A DNA stretch of 24,675 nucleotides, from positions 1 to 24,675 of the forward strand of contig CAVTZU010000012.1 of assembly GCA_963739305.1 (NCBI GenBank). Reading direction: 5' to 3'. A program made the position numbers and the translations under genes. Shown piece by piece: positions 19,667 through 24,675 of the stretch. Numbering within the stretch: the first letter of the stretch is position 1; every line of letters starts with the position of its first letter. This DNA is from Candidatus Bathyarchaeota archaeon (GTDB lineage Archaea; Thermoproteota; Bathyarchaeia; Bathyarchaeales; Bathycorpusculaceae). The notes under the pieces are model-generated. The model ran no database searches. It was not told the origin of the DNA and saw only the letters and a list, made by a program, of their open reading frames with translations.

Positions 19667-20141
19667 TTGCAATTTCAGAGAATGAGAAGGATTATCAGAT
19701 TACTTTCAGGTTACGGCAAATACTTTAAATATACTGGTTCTCCTCAGCGGTTTTACATTTACAGGCATCACGATACTGCTTAGTCTGTATCCTGTTCTGG
19801 GAAGTCTGACAGTTCAGTTTATACTTTTCTTTCTGGCGTCTTTGTTCTTCTTGTTTCATGTTATGTTAGCATGGTTTAATTCTAATTTGATGAAGCTTTC
19901 CAGAAATCTTCCTCCAGTGACGAGAGAAATAGTAGCTTTTCAATCGTCTAATAATATCGAGTTACATGCTATTACAGTTAGCAGTCGTGTTGATGTTTCT
20001 ATTTGGAATCTCATCTATCTTTCGTTGGCGTCAGGAATTGTGTTGGCTATATTCGTCATCGTTCAAATCCAAGGGATAAAAAGGGTCGGAGAGGTTCCAT
20101 TTCAACGAAGTGGAAGACAAGACATAGAATCACTCTGTTGA
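19663..20141 (+). pseudogene. Hypothetical 3-TM membrane protein, probable 1-nt deletion near 19695
   Basis: The frame of ORF 19842-20141 is open back to 19686 (SDYFQVTANTLNILVLLSGFTFTGITILL) with no start; GTG 19663 overlapping the previous TGA gives VIAISENEKDY one base out of frame. Confidence 0.55.
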
Positions 20142-20267
20142 CACCACAGCGCACGCTCATTGTTGAAAAAAGGAGGGTTATTGCGTTTTTTGAATAGTTG
20201 TATTCCTTCGATTGTTGTGACGTATTGGAATCCGCACGCGCGGGAGGTTTACGTTGAGATGACGTGT

Positions 20268-20283
20268 CAAAAGTTATAAATAA
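20268..20283 (+). promoter_or_regulatory. Putative BRE/TATA for the SnoaL-EthD pair
   Basis: CAAAAGTTATAAATAA about 40 nt upstream of 20319. Confidence 0.55.
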
Positions 20284-20318
20284 CGATTAGAAAGAAATGG
20301 CAATTATTCGTTTAAGAA

Positions 20319-20771
20319 GTGATTGATTTGGAGCCTGGAGAAGTCAAGACTACTGTACATAATATGCTTGAAGCGTTCAACAAGAGGGACTTGAAAAGTA
20401 TGCTTTCTTTCTTTACAGATGATGCGACATATGTACGACCTGAAGGAATTTTCAAGGGAAAAGAAGAAATAGGGCGGTATTACGCCTGGACCTTTTCTAA
20501 CTTCTCAGAGCTGACAATTACAGAGAAAGGGATCATTGTCGAAGGAGATAAGGCTGTCCTCGAGTTTGTTATGAAAGGAATTTCTCCAAGGGGTGGCGGC
20601 AGAAATCTACGGCTCGCAGGACTGGACCTATTTGAGTTCAAAAACGAAAAGGTTCAGCAACTTCATATCTATCAAGATAGGCTTTCAACGGCCAAACAGT
20701 TAGCAAATGGGTGGTTTGAGAACATGATAATAAACGGTGTCGTTAATCGGATGGAGAAAGGTCTGCGTTAG
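20319..20771 (+). CDS. SnoaL-like / NTF2-family protein
   Basis: MLEAFNKRDL..MLSFFTDDA, FKGKEEI, IVEGDKAVLEF, LFEFKNEKV...YQD. Confidence 0.85.
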   Translation: MIDLEPGEVKTTVHNMLEAFNKRDLKSMLSFFTDDATYVRPEGIFKGKEEIGRYYAWTFSNFSELTITEKGIIVEGDKAVLEFVMKGISPRGGGRNLRLAGLDLFEFKNEKVQQLHIYQDRLSTAKQLANGWFENMIINGVVNRMEKGLR

Positions 20772-20813
20772 CACGCGCGCGAGGTATCGATCGATCTAGG
20801 AGGTGAGAGCTGG

Positions 20814-21134
20814 ATGGTGGTGAAGATAATGATGAAAGTGTATGCGAAGGAGGGCATGAGCAAAGACGAGTTCGTCAACCATTGGCTGACCAAGCATGCT
20901 CCATTAGCGAAAAAGAAATTCGGTGACAAACTCAAGAAGTACGTGATCAACATCGTTATGTCAGCCGATGGCGAAGAGCCTGGGTACCAGGGCACAGCGG
21001 AGCTCTGGTTCGAAAACATGAAGACGCTTCAGAAAATTATGGCCTCTCCAGCATTTGAGAAAGTCATGGCAGCCGCCGAGAACTTTGCGAGAAAAGGTAC
21101 GATGGTGATCCTCGAGGAACACACAATTATATGA
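20814..21134 (+). CDS. EthD-family dimeric alpha/beta-barrel protein
   Basis: KEGMSKDEFVNHWLTKHAPL, KYVIN, YQGTAELWFE; GGAGGTGA SD. Confidence 0.85.
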   Translation: MVVKIMMKVYAKEGMSKDEFVNHWLTKHAPLAKKKFGDKLKKYVINIVMSADGEEPGYQGTAELWFENMKTLQKIMASPAFEKVMAAAENFARKGTMVILEEHTII

Positions 21135-21152
21135 TCTGTGCGCGCTTTCGGG

Positions 21153-21227
21153 GTATTGTTTGCAGGATTGCCATCAGAATAGGAACATTAGATTTATTGT
21201 TCTATATGAAAAAGCATTACAGTTAAA
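21153..21227 (+). repeat. ~75-nt non-coding direct repeat, copy B
   Basis: Near-identical to 19051-19124; flanked by GCGCGC at 21140 and 21230. Confidence 0.95.
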
Positions 21228-21280
21228 ATGCGCGCCCATAGCAAGAGGCTTACTAGTTCTCTTCAGTTGGGGACAAAGGA

Positions 21281-21364
21281 TGAATTAGATGTTGTTCCGC
21301 AAGGGATAAGAACGTATAATCTAATAACATTCTATTGACGATTTGATGAGGAGGCGTCTTCTTG
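21281..21364 (+). promoter_or_regulatory. Promoter/5'UTR of STAND paralog 2
   Basis: Colinear 84-nt homolog of 12762-12845, with 23 identical nt around TATAAT. Confidence 0.75.
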
Positions 21365-24300
21365 GGATCCATTGAACGCGAGCGTGTTCCCACTCAACGT
21401 CCCATCCCTGCAAGAGAGATCCCGCTCATCGACAGAGTCGAAGAAATGAAACTTCTGAAAGAGGCCGCCGACAGGACGATTCAAGGCGAGGGCGGCCTCG
21501 TGTTTCTTTATGGAGAGGCGGGAATCGGAAAGACAAGGCTTGCCAGAGAACTTGCCACATATGCGCACTTGCGTGGGATGCAGGTTCTCTATGGCAGGTG
21601 TCCTGCACTGTTCAGGATGGATGGAGTTCCACCCTACGTAATCTGGAAGGAAATCATCAAAGAGTATCTGGAAATAAGCACTCCTGAGCAATTGTACAGG
21701 GTGATAGGCTACTATCCGGCTGAAGTGGCAAAACTGGTTCCAGAGCTCAGCCAGAAGCTAAGATCGATTCCTCAGTCTTTTCCCATAGGTCCTGAGCAGG
21801 AGCAAAACAGGCTTTTTGAAGCTGTCTCGCAGTTTGTCACGAACATTTCCAGAGAGGCTCCTTTGCTTGTGGTTCTTGACGATTTACAGTGGACCGATGC
21901 ATCCTCACTTCTACTATTTCACTATCTGGCTCGTGGCGTGCAGAAAACGCCATTACTTCTTTTGGGAGCCTACCGTAGCACTGACATCGACGCTGAACAT
22001 CCGCTGTCGCCAGTCTTAACGGAATTGAACAGGGAACGCCTGGCGCGCCCTGTCTCTCTAAAACGAATGTCTCTTGAGGATATTTCGGAGATGATTAAGC
22101 AGATATTAGAGCAGGACGATGTTCTAACCGAATTCTGCAAGTTAGTCTATGAGAAGACAAGGGGCAACCCCTTTTTCGCCGAGGAAGTGATAAAATCCCT
22201 GAAAGAAGAGGAAGCGATTTATCGAGAGGCGAACAAGTGGAAAATCAAAGAAGTCACGAAGATCGAGTTTCCTGAGACCGTAAAGAGCGTCATAAAGACA
22301 AGAACAGGTCGACTAGATGATGAACAGCGAAATGTTTTGACGATGGCTTCTCTTGTTGGAAATGACTTTACGTTTGAGGCTTTGCAAGGAGTCACTGGTT
22401 CAAACGAAGATGAACTGCGCAAGATAGTAGATGGGCTGCTCAAAACAGGATTGCTCAAGCACAGAGATGTGCGAGGAGAAGACGTGTGTTCTTTTGCTGA
22501 TGTAATTGTGAGGGACGTGGTGAGTGAGGAGGTTGGAACCTATGAACGCAAGAAACTCCACGAAGTAGTCGGAACGGCTCTGGAGAAGGTTTATGCTGCA
22601 AAGATTGATGAACACCTAGGCGAATTGGCCTTACACTTTCTTGAAGCAGGAGACAAAGACAAGGCGCTTGGCTATTTTTTGAAAGCAGGAGACAAGGCGA
22701 CCGATGTTTATGCAAACAACGAAGCTGTTTCCTACTTCCAGTCTGCTCTCAAACTTCTTGAAAGCAAAGAAGGCGAAACTCGGGAAAGAGCACGCGTTCT
22801 TGAGAGACTTGGAGAAATCAAAATGCTTATTGGAGAAAATGACCTTGGCGTGAAATACTTGAATGAAGCTTTGCTACTGTGGAAGCAACTTGATGAGAAA
22901 GAAAAAGTTGCAAGACTACACCGCAAGATGGCATTTATTCTTTGGACCGAGATTGGCGATACGGAGCAGGCTCAGGAGAATTTAGAAAAGGCTTTAAGGA
23001 TCTTGGAAGCCGGACCTGAAAACGTAGAATTGGCAGCACTCTATGAAGCTTGGGCTTTCTTTTCAGTATTTCACCCCGGAGATATAACGAAAGCTCGCTC
23101 ATGGGCTGAGAAAGCCCTCGAACTTGCAAAGAAACTGAATGCTTCTGAAGTTGCTGGAAGCGCATACCATGACTTGGGAATCGTGTTCGGCGCCACGGGA
23201 GAGCAAAAGCAAGCCGTTGAATGCATGGAAAAAGCCTTGAAAATAGCGCTCGACAACAGTTACGTTAGAAATGCTGTACTTGCCTATAACAACCTTGCCG
23301 CTGAACTCCCAGCAGAGGAAAATGAAAGAAGATTAGATTGTCATGAAAAAGCATTGGAGCTGTCAAAAAAAGCAGGGATGATTACGGGCATATCCTGGGG
23401 TCAATACGCTATGGCTACAGAGTATTTCCGCATGGGTGACATTGAAAAGGCACTTACCTTGGCGGAGGAATCAGACACGTTGAGTAGGAAGATAGGTAAT
23501 TTGTTTAATATGTGCTGCTCCACATCTTTTCTTGGACTTCTATATCATGTTAAGGGAGAATGGAACAAAGGCGAGCAGTGCCTAAAAGAATCGTTAAGCA
23601 TATCCCAAAAAATAAAGAATCCTCAAGAAATCGCGGCTAGTTACTGGGGGCTTGGCTGGTCCTACTATGACATGGGCCAATATTCTAAGGCCAAAGAATT
23701 CTTTGACGCGCTGGCTGAAGTCAATGAGAAAAGAGGAAAAGCCCTCCAAGTATATGGTTATAGATGGCTTGCTATGAACGACATAGAGCTTGGCGATATT
23801 GACAAAGCAAAAGCCCTATTGGACGACATTCACAAGTTTGCCCACGAAATACAAGACAAACAACTCATCGCCGATGAAGACACAAGGAGAGCTATGCTGC
23901 TGCGTGGAGAGAAAAGATGGGACGAATCCATCGAACTCTTCAAAAGAAGCCTTCAAGAAAACGAGGCTTTGGGTGCAAGACGTTGGAACGCGTATTGGTT
24001 CGCCAAACTTGTTCTCTATGAATATAGCCGTGTGTATTTGGAGAGAAACCAACCGGGCGACAAAGAAAAAGCCCGCGACCTGCTCAACCAAGCTTTGCAG
24101 ATTTTCCAGAAAATGGAAGCCAAGAAAGACATCGAAAAAACAATGACGTTGCTCGAGGCCTTGAATCCTCCTTCAACCCAAACCCTTGAAACAAAAGTCA
24201 GTCCAAAAGCTCATGAGGTCATTGACCTCCAGTGCAACATGATAGCTACTCCGAAAGAGCTGAAAATCGGTGAGAGCCTCGAGTTGGAAATAGAACTCTC

Positions 24301-24616
24301 AAACACGCGCAAGGAAGGGTCCATGTTGCTAACCAAGATAGCAGAGGTTGTTCCAGAAGGTTTCGCGGTAGCAAAGAGACCTGAATCCTACCGCGTCGAA
24401 GGCAATTGCCTCAACATGAAAGAAAAGCAGCTTGATCCCATGAAAAAAGAGGAAGTGAAGCTTGTTCTAATACCAAAGATCCAGGGCACGTTTCACATCA
24501 AACCAAAAATAACATATCTTGATGAGAATGGCAAGGAGAAAACCTGCGAGCCCAAACCTGTAAGCATAACGGTTAAGGAGCTTGGAATCAAAGGTTGGCT
24601 CAAAGGAGAAAGATAA
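21362..24616 (+). CDS. STAND-class NTPase with TPR array and C-terminal Ig-like domain, paralog 2
   Basis: Same motifs (GEAGIGKT, LVVLDDLQW, TRGNPFF), same length (1084 aa) and same last 17 residues as paralog 1. Confidence 0.9.
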   Translation: MGSIERERVPTQRPIPAREIPLIDRVEEMKLLKEAADRTIQGEGGLVFLYGEAGIGKTRLARELATYAHLRGMQVLYGRCPALFRMDGVPPYVIWKEIIKEYLEISTPEQLYRVIGYYPAEVAKLVPELSQKLRSIPQSFPIGPEQEQNRLFEAVSQFVTNISREAPLLVVLDDLQWTDASSLLLFHYLARGVQKTPLLLLGAYRSTDIDAEHPLSPVLTELNRERLARPVSLKRMSLEDISEMIKQILEQDDVLTEFCKLVYEKTRGNPFFAEEVIKSLKEEEAIYREANKWKIKEVTKIEFPETVKSVIKTRTGRLDDEQRNVLTMASLVGNDFTFEALQGVTGSNEDELRKIVDGLLKTGLLKHRDVRGEDVCSFADVIVRDVVSEEVGTYERKKLHEVVGTALEKVYAAKIDEHLGELALHFLEAGDKDKALGYFLKAGDKATDVYANNEAVSYFQSALKLLESKEGETRERARVLERLGEIKMLIGENDLGVKYLNEALLLWKQLDEKEKVARLHRKMAFILWTEIGDTEQAQENLEKALRILEAGPENVELAALYEAWAFFSVFHPGDITKARSWAEKALELAKKLNASEVAGSAYHDLGIVFGATGEQKQAVECMEKALKIALDNSYVRNAVLAYNNLAAELPAEENERRLDCHEKALELSKKAGMITGISWGQYAMATEYFRMGDIEKALTLAEESDTLSRKIGNLFNMCCSTSFLGLLYHVKGEWNKGEQCLKESLSISQKIKNPQEIAASYWGLGWSYYDMGQYSKAKEFFDALAEVNEKRGKALQVYGYRWLAMNDIELGDIDKAKALLDDIHKFAHEIQDKQLIADEDTRRAMLLRGEKRWDESIELFKRSLQENEALGARRWNAYWFAKLVLYEYSRVYLERNQPGDKEKARDLLNQALQIFQKMEAKKDIEKTMTLLEALNPPSTQTLETKVSPKAHEVIDLQCNMIATPKELKIGESLELEIELSNTRKEGSMLLTKIAEVVPEGFAVAKRPESYRVEGNCLNMKEKQLDPMKKEEVKLVLIPKIQGTFHIKPKITYLDENGKEKTCEPKPVSITVKELGIKGWLKGER

Positions 24617-24675
24617 TCCCAATACACCTTTCCTTCTACGCATTCTTCCACAGTTTGTCGTTAAACATCGCTCGT

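Noticed and set aside
20786-20795. ATCGATCGAT palindrome between SnoaL and EthD
   Set aside because: Single short occurrence; chance cannot be excluded
19051-21227. CRISPR array reading of the repeats
   Set aside because: Only 2-3 copies, about 75 nt long, kilobases apart; no regular spacers and no cas genes
12601-21236. Classical integron with attC sites
   Set aside because: No integrase in the window, no clear RYYYAAC/GTTRRRY boxes, genes have own promoters and mixed orientation; kept only as an analogy
12843-24616. Diversity-generating retroelement behind TPR variation
   Set aside because: No reverse transcriptase, no template repeat, and differences are not adenine-specific by eye
12843-24616. 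Paralogs as an assembly duplication
   Set aside because: Extensive synonymous and amino-acid divergence throughout

Overview
Archaeal-looking chromosomal window: TATA-like promoter boxes, frequent TTG/GTG starts and an archaeal-type tRNA-Gly; Bathyarchaeia-like is my inference only. Left part (1-9.5 kb): tRNA-Gly(TCC), a frameshifted TspO-like membrane gene, a beta-CASP ribonuclease, an M24 peptidase, a small Zn-ribbon protein, a SAM methyltransferase and carAB. Right part (about 9.6-24.7 kb) is an accessory region: a membrane protein, an aldo/keto reductase, an SDR, and two 1084-aa paralogous STAND NTPase-TPR-Ig-like proteins with no recognisable effector domain. Between the paralogs lie small genes (SRPBCC, DUF6326-like, V4R-like, SnoaL/NTF2, EthD, membrane and hypothetical proteins). 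Main unexplained signals: (1) the paralogs keep the NTPase, promoter and C-terminal tail but have diverged TPR helices; (2) (TA)GCGCGC(GC) tracts mark nearly every transcription-unit boundary in the accessory region; (3) a ~75-nt non-coding element occurs twice almost identically plus once degenerate, bracketed by those tracts. Four single-base frameshifts are apparent and may be assembly errors. All identity and enrichment statements are by-eye estimates.
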